DNA from: Octopus sinensis
Taxonomy: Eukaryota
Length of the DNA stretch: 64,000 bases
Reading direction: 5' to 3'
NCBI RefSeq assembly: GCF_006345805.1
Contig: NC_043010.1
Location: forward strand, 37,076,001-37,140,000
Position numbers and translations under genes: made by a program. Below are positions 1 through 13,451 of the stretch, one piece after another. The notes below the pieces were generated by a model. It saw only the letters and a program-made list of their open reading frames with translations, did no database searches and was not told where the DNA came from. Position 1 is the first letter of the stretch; each line of letters opens with the position of its first letter.

Positions 1-159
1 AAAATAAATAACCATCAACAATATACTAGAGTGGAACTTATTTTATATTTCTCTTACTATTGAAATTGGTCTTGATTGGATGAGCAGAATTTCTATATCA
101 TTGGAAAGAGAACAACAAAAAGAATGTCTTTGGGATATTTAATTGCATTCCTTTTAAAT

Positions 160-491
160 CAATGGTTCTTGACCACTTTTTGCCTATGGACCCCTTTGAT
201 TCCTCTTTTAGTTTAGTGGACGCCTATAACCTTTCAAAATTCCAATTTTTCCACATGTTCACTTGTGTATGTTTGCCATAGCACTCTCTGAGAGAACATG
301 TTTCAGCGTCCGTAAACATGTTGAATTATGTAAAATGTTACAGAAAGAAACCTAGTTGTTTCTTGCAGTACATAAATACGTCTGGTGCAAAATCTTTTCA
401 TGGACCCTTACAATACTGATACGAATCCCCAATTTACTAATTTGCTTATGTGGACCCCCAGCGATCATGTGGACCCCGGTTGGAATCAATG
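160..491. mobile_element. hAT-type non-autonomous element (MITE)
   Basis: Imperfect TIRs CAATGGTTCTTGACC (160) and GGTTGGAATCAATG (478-491). The 8-bp flanks TTTTAAAT and CTTTGAAT match 6/8. The interior resembles the copy at 51424. Confidence 0.65.
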
Positions 492-510
492 CTTTGAATT
501 TTAATCGTTC

Positions 511-650
511 ATGGCCTAGTGGTTAGGGTGTCGCACTCATGATTCTGAGATCATGCTTTCAATACCCAGACTGGCTGTTGGTTGTGTTCTTGTGCAGAGA
601 ACTTCATTTCACATTCCCCCAGTACTCTCAGCTATAAATGGGTAACCTTG
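511..650 (+). mobile_element. Degenerate tRNA-headed SINE fragment
   Basis: A-box-like TGGCCTAGTGG at 512-522, followed by a GTGTTCTTG...CACATT...CTCAGCT block shared with families D and E. Confidence 0.5.
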
Positions 651-1139
651 TGACAGTTAGGCATACAAGGGTGAGAGGGTGACTCAAGAAAATCACTCAA
701 ACAGAGGTCTTGCGTGACACAGTGATCAAAAGGCTGAATAGTAAAGCCTGTATTGTGAATCCTTACTGGTTGTTCAATCATATCGAAGTATGGTTGATTG
801 ATTGATTAGATTCTGATTTCAAATTGGACTGAGAATAGCTTTGCTTTCATCCACTCTGGATCGATAACATAAAATAACAAATACTGAAGTCTATATAATT
901 CTATGTTCTTTTTTACCAAAATGTTACATAGTATTTATTAAAAATCACTCTTAGAAAATTAAATATGTCCTGTATCCCTTTCGAAAAACTGTTAATTGAT
1001 TCCAAAAATTTCATGGACATTCCCCCCCACTTTTTTTTTCTAAGCCCAACTTAGCACTGACATTGTTTCTAAGCCTTTTTTCATTTGATGCCTTCACTCT
1101 GATTTTCTATTAAAAAATATGTGCTATCAAAATTAGCTT

Positions 1140-1468
1140 ACAGGTGCTTGGCTCAGTGGTCAGAGAGTCGAGCTCACAATTATGAGTTCGATTCCCAGAT
1201 CAGGCTGTGTGTTGTTTTCTTGAGCAAGACACTTTATTTCATGTTGCTCCAGTTCACTCAGCTGTGGAAAAAAGTTGTGACGTCACTGGTGCCAAGCTGT
1301 ATCAGCCTTTGCCTTTCCTTTGGATAACATTGATGTCATGAAGATGGGAGGCTAGTATGCATGAACAACTGCTAGTCTTCCATATACAAATTTGCCTGGA
1401 TTTGTGCCTCAAAAGGGAACTTTCTAGTTGCAATCCCATGGTCATTCATGACCAAAAGATGGTCTTTA
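1140..1468 (+). mobile_element. tRNA-derived SINE, family E (working label)
   Basis: A-box TGGCTCAGTGG (1149) and B-box GAGTTCGATTCC (1184), then TTGAGCAAGACACTTTATTTC...CACTCAGCTG. An inverted copy lies at 38959-39307. Confidence 0.75.
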
Positions 1469-1798
1469 TTCTTTACTTTACCCATATCATTTTGGAATGC
1501 AGCCATGCTGGAGCAACCCCTTCAAGGATTTAATCAGACAAATCACCCCCAGTTATTATGAAGTCTGGTACTTATCCACTGAACCACTAAGTTATGGAGA
1601 GCAACAATTGTAACACAAACACTGCCACACACACACACAAAACGGGCTTCCACACAGTTTCCATCTGCCAAATTCATTCACAGTGTGTTGGTTGGCCCAG
1701 GGCTATTGCAGAAGACATTTGCCACACAGTAGGTCTGAACTCAAAACCACATGGTTGCAAAGCAAGCTCCTTAACCACATAGCTGTGCCTGTTTCCTG

Positions 1799-1830
<32 letters not shown>

Positions 1831-1840
1831 GTCTTTTATT

Positions 1841-2205
1841 TTTTTACTTGTTTCAGTTGTTTGACTGCAGCCATGCTGGAGCACTGCCTTTAGTCAAACA
1901 GATCAACCCCAGGTCTCATTCTTTGTAAGCCTAGTATTTATTCAGTCGGTTTCTTTTGTTGAACCGTTAAGTTCAGGGACATAAACACACCAACAACAGT
2001 TGTTAAGCGATGGTGGGGTGGGGGAGACAATCATAGACCCACAAATACATACACACAGATATATTTTCCATCTACCAAATTCACTCACAAGGCTTTGGTT
2101 GGCATAAGGCTATAGTAGAAGACACTTGCCCAAGGTGCCATGCAGTGGGACTGAACCCAGAACCATGTGGTTGGGAAGCAAGCTTCTTACCACACAATCA
2201 CTCCT
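1841..2205 (-). mobile_element. tRNA-derived SINE, family A
   Basis: Reverse complement of the family A layout: head, CCTTGGGCAAGTGTCTT CORE-like block, internal TA/TG tract, then the GACTGAAACAAGTAAAA tail. A more decayed copy precedes it at about 1490-1800. Confidence 0.8.
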
Positions 2206-3300
2206 ATAAATGTATGTATGCATGTATATATGTGTGTGTATGTATGCATTATGCAATACACATTAGAAAGAAGTTTTAAATAACCCCCCATAATTTCAGG
2301 CCTTGTGCCTTTAGTAGAAAGGATCATTATTATTATTGAGTAATAAAATTTTTGTTTTATACTTCAGAATAATTCTTTTCCTGTATTCATAAAACATTTT
2401 CTCTGAGAATACTACTCTATTCAATTTTTTGTTTCTTAAAGGCTTAAAAAAAAAAAAAAACTGGAAAAATTTCCAACTTTATTTGATTTTAAAAAATTAT
2501 CTCTTCTCTGTATTAAAGCCTGAGGATTAACATTAAGAAATAGTTTTGAATAAATAAAATAAGTATAAATACAAAAAGCTTTGGTTGAGATAGAAAAGGA
2601 AAAGAATAATCTTTAGGTCTTACATGAAATTTTACATTTGTAAAAGAATGTTATCTTGGCGTGTGTGTGTGTGTGTGTACATTTAGTTCTTTACTATTTT
2701 ATATTGAATCATATCTCCTCTTATTCATATCATGTGTGCCTTTTCTATTTTCATTTGCTAGTCATATCTGCAAGGCAGTGAGCTGGCCAAATAATTTGGG
2801 TGTTGGAAAAATTACTTTGCAGAATTTGTTCCCAGCTCTTTATGTTCTGTGTTCGAATCCCAACAAACTCAACTTTATTTTTTTCAACACTTTCAGGGCC
2901 GATTAAAAATAAAGTACTAGTCAAGTACTAGGGTTGATGGTATCAACTAAACTAGCCATTTCAAATTGCTGGCCTTGTGTCTCAATCAGAAACCATTATT
3001 ATTCATATCCATTGCAGTGTATAGCACAATCATTAGAGCAGCAGTGGATGAAATAGTTTGCTGTATTTAGTTACATGCCTGTACATTTTGAGGTCAAATC
3101 CTGCTAAAGTCAACTCATTAGAACAGCTACCAGTCTAATGCTAGCTGCTTGTTTTAATCAGCAATATTTTCTCCCGAATTTAAGGCCTCTTGCCTATGTT
3201 GAAAATCATTTAGTCATGTCATGTTTACAAAGAGTTTTGGGTTATTCTTATCCCATATTCCTCACAAGAAATTCAGTCAGTTCTACCTTTTAAAAATATA

Positions 3301-3531
3301 TATTTCTTTATTGCCCCCAGGGGGCTAAACATAGAGGGGACAAACAAGGACAGACAAAGGGATCAAGTCGATTGCATTGACTCCAGTTCATAACTAGTAC
3401 TTATTTAATCGACCCCAAAAGGATGAAAGGCAAAGTCGACCTTGGCGGAATTTGAACTCAGAACATAACAGCAGACGAAATACCGCTAAGCATTTTGCCC
3501 GGCGTGCTAACGATTCTGCCAGCTCGCCGCC
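3301..3531 (-). mobile_element. tRNA-derived SINE, family B, full length
   Basis: On the minus strand: AAGGCGGCGAGCTGGCAGAA head, GAGTTCAAATTCC B-box and CAATAAAGAAATA tail. The 13-bp TSD is TTTTAAAAATATA (3288) / TTTTATAAATATA (3532). Confidence 0.85.
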
Positions 3532-3681
3532 TTTTATAAATATAATAGTTTGATTGCTGTTACGCCACATTAAATCATCATTGTCATCATCCAATCTTTT
3601 TGTTACCATATTTCTGCTGAAATATACTGCCCTTGATTCAACTAATTTTATAAATAATGAAAAATTTGGTAACTATCTGGT

Positions 3682-3782
3682 TGTAGCCTGGTGCAGCCTT
3701 CTGGCTCACCAGTCCTCAGTCAAACCATCCAACCTATGCCAGCATGGAAAGCGGACACTAAACGATGACGACGATGATGATG
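3682..3782 (+). mobile_element. 3' end of an RTE-type LINE or related SINE (family C)
   Basis: CCTGGTGCAGCCTTCTGG...CCAACCTATGCCAGCATGGAAAGCGGACACTAAACGATGACGACGATGATG, i.e. a short tandem (GAT)n tail shared with 12897, 35957, 46320 and 60832. Confidence 0.65.
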
Positions 3783-4448
3783 TCATTATTAATCTGGTAT
3801 TTGCTACATAAATTAAAATAAAAATTTGATGTAAGGTTTTAATTTAATTCACTGTAAAACAAGGATTATGTATCATATAATCAAGGGCAGTTTCAGGCAG
3901 GTTCGTATCAAAAGGGTTCACTGCTGATATCATGCTGTCATAGGTGGGACAAGTTTGAGAGGGTCCAATGAGACAGAGGGCTACTTTAGGGAACAATGTT
4001 TGCTAGATGCTGTTCCTAACACCAACTACTTTTACACTTTACGAAGTGTATTCTGTGCCTTCTTCATAGCAAAGGCACCAGTAAGGTCACCAAATAAATC
4101 ACAATACACAACAAACCTCTTGATAGAGTGAGGGTGCAGGATCTGGGAGGTAACCAGGTGTGAGGGAGAAATATTTTCACTGGCAATTATGATATACATA
4201 CGATCATATACAAACATATCTTAGTAAAATTTAAATTATTTATGTTCTGTTCAGGCCTTTTTAAAAATTTTTTGCAATGCATGTAAACAAGTGAACTAAT
4301 GCAAGTCATTTTTGCCCCAATCCATCATATTTCAGTGCATTCCTCTGTTTGTGTATGTGTGTTCACTTACATATATACAAGCATACATAAATACACATAT
4401 ACATACATTCCACACTGGATTTCTGTGATAATTTATCTGATTTCTTTG

Positions 4449-4450
<2 letters not shown>

Positions 4451-4493
<43 letters not shown>

Positions 4494-4989
4494 CACACGC
4501 ACACACACACACACACACACACGCGCACACACAGCTACAATAAGTGTGTTTGTATGTATACTCATTGACTGATTTCAAGCCATCTTCCTGTGCTCACATT
4601 ATGCATTTAACTCCTCTGTGTGTGTGTGTGTGTATGTGTGTGTGTGCGCGCGCATATGGATGTGTATGTATTTGCTTCCTTATAATTATATTTATTTGTA
4701 GTCTGATAGAGATAAATAGATATATCTGTGTGTGTTTGTGTGTGTATATGTTTATGTATGTGTATATGTATATATATGTATGTGTATATGTATATATATA
4801 TGTATATATATATATGTATATATATGTATATATATATGTATATAATATATATATGTATATATGTATATATATATATGTATATATATACATGCATATATAT
4901 ATATGTATATATATACATGTATATATATATATATGTATATATATACATGTATATATATATATATATATATAGTATATATATATATAATG

Positions 4990-5028
<39 letters not shown>

Positions 5029-5036
5029 GTATATAT

Positions 5037-5084
<48 letters not shown>

Positions 5085-5396
5085 TGTATATATGTATATA
5101 TTATATATATATATATAATATATATATATTATATATATTATATAAATGTATATATATATATATATATATATAAATGTATATGTATATATATATATATATA
5201 AATGTATATATGTTATATATATATATAAATGTATATATGTATATATATATTATAAATGTATATATGTATATATATATATAAATGTATATATGTATATATA
5301 TATATAAATGTATATATGTATATATATATAAATGTATATATGTATATATATATATATAAATGTATATATGTATATATATATATATAAATGTATATA

Positions 5397-5430
<34 letters not shown>

Positions 5431-5608
5431 TATGTATATATATATATAAATGTATATATGTATATATATATATATATATATATAAATGTATATATGTATA
5501 TATATATATATAAATGTATATATGTATATATATATATATAAATGTATATATGTATATATATGTATATATATATATATAAATGTATATATGTAATATATAT
5601 ATATAATA

Positions 5609-5658
<50 letters not shown>

Positions 5659-5891
5659 ATAATGTATATATGTATATATATGTATATATATATAATAAAT
5701 GTATATATGTATATATATATATATAAATGTATATATGTATATATATATATAATATATATATATATGTATATATATATATATGTATATATATATATAAATG
5801 TATATATATTTATATGTATTATTTACTGTTTAATAGAGGTTTTTTTCTCTAAATTATATACATATATTGTATATATATATAATTGTGTGTA

Positions 5892-5943
<52 letters not shown>

Positions 5944-5945
5944 GC
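4451..5945. repeat. Compound (CA)n/(TG)n/(TA)n microsatellite array, about 1.5 kb
   Basis: Directly visible. It produces the YI/CV/TH pseudo-ORFs in the track. Confidence 0.97.
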
Positions 5946-6611
5946 AGATGTTTAGGTTTGAATATGTATTAATGTAATGTTTTTATAATGATGTATGTGC
6001 ATCTTTTTGTACAGTTTGATCTCAAATATGATATAATATAACTCCCCTAAACATCAGTAATATATTTTATCCTCTTTATCATTTTTTCCCTTTACACTTG
6101 AGTATAATGCTTCTAACCAATTTAGACTCTGATGGTTTGCATTAAATTTCTCATGTTTTACAGAAGTACATATGGTATGTATCTATGTATGTATGTATTT
6201 ATGAATGTACATATATATATATTTATGTGTAGCAACCAATGTTTACTTTTCTTGATAATCATATCTGCAAGCATATATACATAGATATGTTTATAACATA
6301 TTTATTTGTACAGTGGGACTGAACTCAGGAGCTACACGATTGCAAAACTAAATTCTCTACATGGCTATGCTTGTGAATGTGTGTGTGTGTGTGTTTGTGT
6401 TTGCTTGTGAAATAGAGAATAGCATTTCTCTATTTCAAACATTAAGATTAAAAGCCAGACATCAACCATGAACAAGCGTGGTGTGATAACATGTACCATG
6501 TTTTCACTAATTATTTAGATATTCTTGGTGGTATTAGTTATTGATGTATCCCTGCCTGTCATGTGGGAGACCGGGGCTCAATTCCCCACTGGGAAGGCCA
6601 TTATACTTTTT

Positions 6612-6995
6612 AAGCACAGGCATGGATTGCTGCATGGTAAGAACTTTGCTTCCCAACAACATGGTTCTGGGTTCAGTCCCACTACATGACACTTTCAGCA
6701 AGTTTCTTTTATTATAGCCCTTGTGAGTGGATTTGGTAAATGGAAACTGAAAGAAGCCCAGTGCGTGTGTGTGTGTGCGTGCTTGTTAGTGTTCATCCCC
6801 CATCATCACTTGACAGCCTGTGTTGGTTTGTTTACATTCCCATACCTTGGTGGTTCGTCTAAAAGGGACATAAGCAGTAAGCACTAAGCTTAGGAAAAAA
6901 TCAAGACCTGGGCTCGATTTGTTTGACTAAACCCGTCAAAACAGTGTCCCAGCATGGCTGCAGTCCAATGACTGAAATGAGAAAAAGATGAAAGA
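6612..6995 (+). mobile_element. SINE family A (diverged)
   Basis: GGTAAGAACTTTGCTTCCCAACAACATGGTTCTGGGTTCAGTCCC head, internal TG tract and CAGCATGGCTGCAGTCCAATGACTGAAA tail. Confidence 0.75.
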
Positions 6996-7418
6996 TCTAT
7001 ATAACTGTAATCAGACATAGACACTCTCTTGATTCTCCTATTGTTTGGCTTAGTAGGACATCCAGTATGTAACAGCTGGAGGGAGAAGAGAGAGTGCTAC
7101 ACCAGCATTTGTCTAGGGCTCATTTTCAGGTGTGTAGATTGGAGCAAGCAATGTGAAATGAAGAGCTGTGCTCAAGGATACAACTTGCCACCCAACCCAG
7201 AAATTGAACCAGCAATATCATGTTCAGGACTGTTGAGCCATGCACCTTCCTCTCAAACATATTGCAAACATATTTTTTATATCTATAGGCAACACCCTAT
7301 TTGCATACATGTTCATGCATTTCCCTGTGTGTGTGTGTGTGTGTGTTACATATTCTTATATTTATATGTAAGAATGGGGTGGACATGTCTAAAATTCTAG
7401 CTACAGTAATGTTGGATT

Positions 7419-7823
7419 TACTCTTTTACTTGTTTCAGTCATGTGACTGTCGCCATGCTGGAGCACTGCCTTTAGTCGAGCAAATTGACCCCAGGACTTA
7501 TTCTTTGTCAGCCTAGTACTTATTCTATCGGTCTCTTTTGCCGAACCGCTAAGTTATGGGGACGTAAACACACCACCATTGGTTGTCAAGCAATGTTGGG
7601 GGGGGGGACAAACACAGTCACACAAACATATACACACACATACATATATATATACACACATATACGACAGGCTTCTTTCAGTTTCCGTCTACCAAATCCA
7701 CTCACAAGGATTTGGTCGGCCCAATGCTATAGTAGAAGACACTTGCCCAAGGTGCCACGCAGTGGGAATGAACCCAGAACTATGTGGTTGGTAGGCAAGC
7801 TACTTACCACACAGCCACTCCTT
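7419..7823 (-). mobile_element. SINE family A, near full length
   Basis: Closely matches the reverse complement of the copies at 15307 and 52121. It accounts for the ORFs at 7485 and 7579. Confidence 0.85.
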
Positions 7824-8439
7824 GTAAATTTATGAATGGAATTATTTTCCAGATCATCTTCTATATCTGTCAAGCCATTTTTTTCTGTATCTGTCACTAT
7901 AAATATGTCATTGACATACTTGGTACAGATAATATGATGATATTTAAGAATAACTTTGTTTTTTTAATGTTGTTAGCCATGTAAAAGAAAAAAAAACCCC
8001 CAAAAATGCGGGCTACAGTGGAGAGCCCATAGTTACTTCATCCCCCTGGGATATAATGTGTATGCATTATAAGTAAGCATTAAATCAAAATAAAAGAGAA
8101 AGCCTAAATACTAAGCAAAAATAAATAAAATTAATAAATAACCCAAAATTGATAAATGACAAAAGGCAAAAAAAAAACCAAAACCAACGAGCAAAATGCA
8201 AGAGATAGAATGTGTTTTTTGAGAAAGTCTATGAAGAATTAAGGAGAAAGCAATTTCCTCAAGACACTGTTAAATGGAATTATCCATCTGAAGCTGAAAG
8301 TTAATTCTTCGCAGATCAGCTTTCAGCAAGATAAAAATTCTTGCCAAATATTTATCATAATCATTTGCAACACAATACCATTTGTTTAAATAGACTGAGT
8401 GAAATGAGGTGGGGGGAGGGGGTAAGTCTCACTCCTCCC

Positions 8440-8488
<49 letters not shown>

Positions 8489-9230
8489 CACCATCATCAC
8501 CATCACTATTTGTACTGTTTCTTTCCAATTCTCTTTCGCTATGGTTACCCTGCTTCAAGGAAAGAAGCATGTGGTGATGGTGGGGGGGGCGGGTACATCT
8601 CCTTCCCACCCGTATCACAAAATATAGTTTGTCATTTTACATTACCATCATCATCATCATAATATCACCAAAATCATGATCATCATCATCATAACTACCA
8701 TCAACATTACAATGATGATTATCATCATTGTAACCATTGTCATCATCAGTATGGCTGTCATCAGCATCGTAGTACCATAATTCTCTTCCTTCTCCCCCTC
8801 TTCTTCGTCATCATTATCATCATCATCATCAAAATAAGATTCCAAAGAAATTAGTGATACCCTACACCAACGAAATGGCAATACTGATAGTTTGAAACTG
8901 TGGAATATGTTTTTCATGTACTGAGGAAGAAAGAAAATCCTAATGTTTTGGATGGAATCCTTCATCGGGAATAGAAACAAAATGCCAATAGGGGTTGAAG
9001 GATAAAAAAAATTTGGGGATTAGTAAGAGAGTGAAAGCAGGAAGGAGGAAGAAGAAGAGGTAACAAGTATTAGTAGAGGCAGCTGGGAAGTTTTAAGAGA
9101 GAGGAGAAAATAAAGGTAGCACCAGTAAATTTGAAGAATTTTGTGAGTAGAGGATTGGGGAAATGACAAGGAACACTGGACAGACCTCTTCCACATGCTT
9201 TTATATCTATGCATCATTTAATTTAATTTA

Positions 9231-9463
9231 TTTCTTATTTACTGCCCACAAAGGGCTACACACAGAGGGGGCAAACAAGGACAGACAAATGGTTTAAGTC
9301 GATTATATCAACCCCAGTGTGTAACTGGTACTTATTTAATCGACCCCGAAAGGATGAAAGGCAAAGTCGACCTCGGCGGAATTTGAACTCAGAACGTAAC
9401 GGAAACGAAATACCACTAAGCATTTTACCCGGCGTGCTAACGTTTCTGCCAGCTCGCGGCCTT
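9231..9463 (-). mobile_element. SINE family B, full length
   Basis: Same layout as the copy at 3301. The 13-bp TSD TTTAATTTAATTT lies at 9217 and 9465. Confidence 0.85.
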
Positions 9464-10202
9464 CTTTAATTTAATTTTTTGGTATTTGGAGGATTGTGGG
9501 GCTCCAATATCTTATCTTGGGATGGTTTCTGTGGCTAGATGTCCTTCTGAATGCCAGCTGCTGTACAGGGTGTAGTGGGTGCTTTGTTCATGGTACCATT
9601 ACTAATGAGGTAGGTAATCTAGCAACTTGCAAGGCTAAATAAGCCCCTGTAAGTAAATGAGAATAAGGAAGAGAGAGAGAGTGTGTGCATGTGTGTGTGT
9701 GATGGCTTTAGGTAAGGTGAAGGGAGATGGTGAAGAATGATGAAAACAGAATTATAGTCATGGGTTGGTGTACTAGAAAGAGAGTAACAAGGAAGTCAGT
9801 ATAAGGTGGTGGGGAGGAGTTTGGAAGAAACAAGATAAAAGGGAAGAGATTAGATGTCACATGATCACTGTACATGTGCAGCATTGTCATACAAACGAAG
9901 ATGTCTGCTTCCAGTCTTCTGCGAAAAAACATTCTAGCTAAGGGGAAATATTATTTTGGTGAGGGGTTGGCATCAAGCGGGGCATCTGGCTGTAGAAAGT
10001 TTGCCTCAACAAATTTTGTCTGACCTGTGCAAGCTAGAAAAATTGAACATTAAACAATGATGATGATGATGATACACAGAATCACAGACAGTTGCGAGTA
10101 ACTACTGGCTGAGATTTTTACCTGAAAAGTCAGAAATTTCCTCTCACACCACATGCCAACTTAAATAATTTTACTTTTATATACACACACACACATACAC
10201 AC

Positions 10203-10233
<31 letters not shown>

Positions 10234-10492
10234 ATGTATGGACATTATGCATACATAGGCATACGTACAGATATACATGCTTACAGTCATGTATAGCTGC
10301 AAAGAGGAGAGCCCTGAATCAAATGCCAACATCTTAAAAAGGTCACTATGGACAATAGAATCCTTAGGATTGCAACTCAATAGCTTTATAATGAACATAA
10401 GTGGAGATATAAGGGCTATCAATATATATATTTATATTGGATTGAGTGCTGCATTGGAAATACTCTGATTTTTTGCCCTTATAAGACCATCA

Positions 10493-10569
<77 letters not shown>

Positions 10570-11223
10570 TGAGTATGTTTTTGTGTACCTGTTCCTCTTT
10601 TCCCTTTCAATTTTTTTTTTTTTTTTACAAATCTGTTAGTGTCCCTTTTATTTTCTCCTCTCCCTCTCTCTCTCACCAATATCACCTCCCACCACTAACA
10701 CTTCTTACCTTTATCTCCTTTCCTTTTTTTATGTTGGTTAATCCTTATTTATTCATCCTTCAACACCAGTTGACATTTCTCCCTCACTGATGAAGAGTTC
10801 CATCCACAAAACAGCCCCCAAAGCAGTTTGGCTTCTCTTCACCCTCAAGGCAATAAAAACCTTATTACATACTGTTTTTTTTTTTTGTGTGTGTGTGTGT
10901 GGTGTGTGTCATTGTTGTTAAAATGTATGAAAGGGAAAATTTTCTTCTGCCAGGAAGTGAAATGTCCACCCCCATCCCACCCTGTTTGTGTTTCAGTACA
11001 AAAATAATGCAGTCACCTCATTCACCCATTAGTTTCCAACTATCAACCTACTGCTTCCCCCCCCCCCGTATCAAACTATTTCTACCCCAAATCACTGCAC
11101 CCTCTCCCTCATCCCACTTTATTAATTTTATGATGTCTTTCCTTTCTTTCTTTATCTGCCATTCTGATCCTTCATCTCCAGTTCTTGTTTTCCTCTATCT
11201 TCTCCCATTATATATGTACCTGC

Positions 11224-11435
11224 GGCAGCGAGCTGGCAGAACCGTTGGCACGCTGGCGAAATGCGTAGCCGTATTTCGTCTGCTGTTACGTTCTGAGTTC
11301 AAATTCCACCGAGGTCGACTTTGCCTTTCATCCTTTCTGGGTCGATAAATTAAGTACTAGTTATGCACTGGGATCGATATCTGTCCTTGTTTGTCCCATC
11401 TGTGTTTAGCCCCTTGTGGGTAGTAAAGAAATAAT
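11224..11435 (+). mobile_element. SINE family B
   Basis: GGCAGCGAGCTGGCAGAACCG head, GAGTTCAAATTCC B-box and GTAGTAAAGAAATAA tail. Confidence 0.8.
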
Positions 11436-11927
11436 TATATATGTACCTGCCTGTCGCTGTCCTGCTGTCTCCCTCCCGCCCGCCCTCCCCCTCTCTCTCC
11501 TCCCTCCCTCTCTGTTTATCTATATCTTGCATCTACACATGTGCACACTTATGTGCACATACACATACATGCTACATCTCTCCTCACTTTCTACTGCCAT
11601 TTTTTGGCTATGGACCCTTTTGATTCCTATTTTAGGCGCAAGCATGACTGTCGTTAGGAAGTTTGCTTCCCAGTCACGTGGTTCAGGTTCAGTCCCACTG
11701 CATGGTACCTTGGGCAAGTGTCTTCTGTTATAGCCTCGGGCCAACCAAAGCCTTGTAATTGAATTTGGTAGGTGGAAGTTATCAGCATGTGTGTACATGT
11801 GTAAGTGCTTGTGCCTCCTAACAGAGAGGGAGCCTCCACAGTCATTCAATGAATATCAAAAAAATCCTACTGTATTTTTATCATTAAATATTATTAAGAA
11901 TTCTATAGAAAAACATTAATTTCTTGT

Positions 11928-12347
11928 GTAGGCGCAAGCATGGCTGTGTGGTAAGTAGCTTGCTTCCCAACCATATGGTTCCAAGTTCAGTCCTGCTGTG
12001 TGACACCTTGGCCAAATTGTCCTTTATTATAGCTTCAGGCCAACCAAAACCTTGTGAGTGGATTTGGTAGATGGAAAGTAAATACAATACATCATGTAGA
12101 TATATATATATATGTATATACACAGACACGCACATGCACATATATATATATACTTTTATTTGTTTCAGTCGTTTGACTGTGGCCATGCTGGAACACCGCC
12201 TTTAGTTGAACAAATTGAACCCAGGACTTATTCTTTGTAAGCCTAGTACTTATTCTATCGGTCGTTTTTATCAAACCACTAAGTTACAGGGACATAAACA
12301 CACCAACTTCGGTTGTTAAGTGATGGGAGGAGTACAAACACATACAT

Positions 12348-12400
<53 letters not shown>

Positions 12401-12565
12401 TATGTACATATATATATATATATATTTGACAGGCTTCTTTCAGTTTCCATCTACTAAATCCACTCGCAAAGCTTTGGTTGGCCTGAGGCTATAGTAGAAG
12501 ACACTTGCCCAAGGTGTCACACAGTGGGACTGTACCAGGAACCATGTGATTAGGAAGCAAGGCTT
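11928..12565. mobile_element. Inverted pair of family A SINEs: + head at 11928-12078, - copy at about 12155-12565
   Basis: The head sequence and its reverse complement are both present about 350 nt apart. Confidence 0.75.
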
Positions 12566-12896
12566 TGGTCAGCTCGAGGCTATAGTAGAAGACACTTGCC
12601 CATAGTACCAGGCTTAAAAAAAAAAGGTAGTAGGATCAATTTATTCTACCAAGAGCTCTTCAAGACGATGCCCTAGCATGGCCACAGTCTAATGACTGAA
12701 ACAAGTGAAAGATAAAAGATACTGTAGGAGTATAAACAATTTATTGCCCAAATTTTAACAGCACAATCTTATATAGACCCTGGTTGGGAACAACTGCCAT
12801 AGATATTCCCCAAATTACTCTCTCTGTTTCTCTCTCTCTCTCTCTCTACAATTTCACGTTTTCAGTATGCACATCATCATCATATTCATCACAGTT

Positions 12897-13083
12897 GGCA
12901 CGTAAAAAGCACCCACTACACTCACGGAGTGGTTGGCGTTAGGAAGGACATCCAGCCGTAGAAACACTGCCAGATTTGACTGGGCCTGATGAAGCCTTCT
13001 GGCTTCACAGACCCCAGTAGAACCGTCCAACCCATGCTAGCATGGAAAACGAACGCTAAACGATGATGATGATGATGATGATT
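12897..13083 (+). mobile_element. RTE-type 3' end (family C)
   Basis: GGCACGTAAAAAGCACCCACTACACTC...CCCATGCTAGCATGGAAAACGAACGCTAAAC(GAT)n. Confidence 0.75.
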
Positions 13084-13386
13084 ACACACTATCTATTTGA
13101 ATGTCTATCCACTTGTCCACTATCCTATCTAACTACCTCTTTTAATCCTCATACATATCATTTCCATATATGTGTGTGTGAATGCAGGCTTGTGCATATG
13201 TGCGTGTGTGTGTGTGTGCATATATATATATAAAAGAATATGTATAATATATGCATATATATATTTATGTGTGTCTGTGTATGTGTATATATATATATAT
13301 ATATATATACTAAAAAAAATGGAGAAAAAAGACAATAAGAAAAAACAACACATGGTACATGCAAAATATTAATAAGATGCTCAGGA

Positions 13387-13450
<64 letters not shown>

Positions 13451-13451
<1 letters not shown>

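Noticed and set aside
4299-5955. Many 70-140 aa ORFs rich in Y/I/C/V/H/T (also near 42400-43400, 45000-45400, 47400-48000 and 54800-56000)
   Set aside because: They are translations of (TA)n, (CA)n and (TG)n tracts, which lack stop codons.
8293-8344. Two adjacent short hairpins (GCTGAAAG/CTTTCAGC and GCAAGA/TCTTGC), with an acceptor-like TTCTTCGCAG in the first loop
   Set aside because: Stems of 6-10 bp are expected by chance in 64 kb, and the downstream frame closes quickly.
10100-10140. Minus-strand CTGACTTTTCAG|GTAAAA acceptor-donor juxtaposition
   Set aside because: The pyrimidine tract is short, the donor is weak, and it is on the opposite strand to the stronger site at 14087.
12985-13010. 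CTGATGA followed by an AGCC-TTCT-GGCT stem, resembling a hammerhead
   Set aside because: No GAAA follows, and other copies of this RTE tail read CCTGGTGCAGCC, so the core match is a chance mutation.
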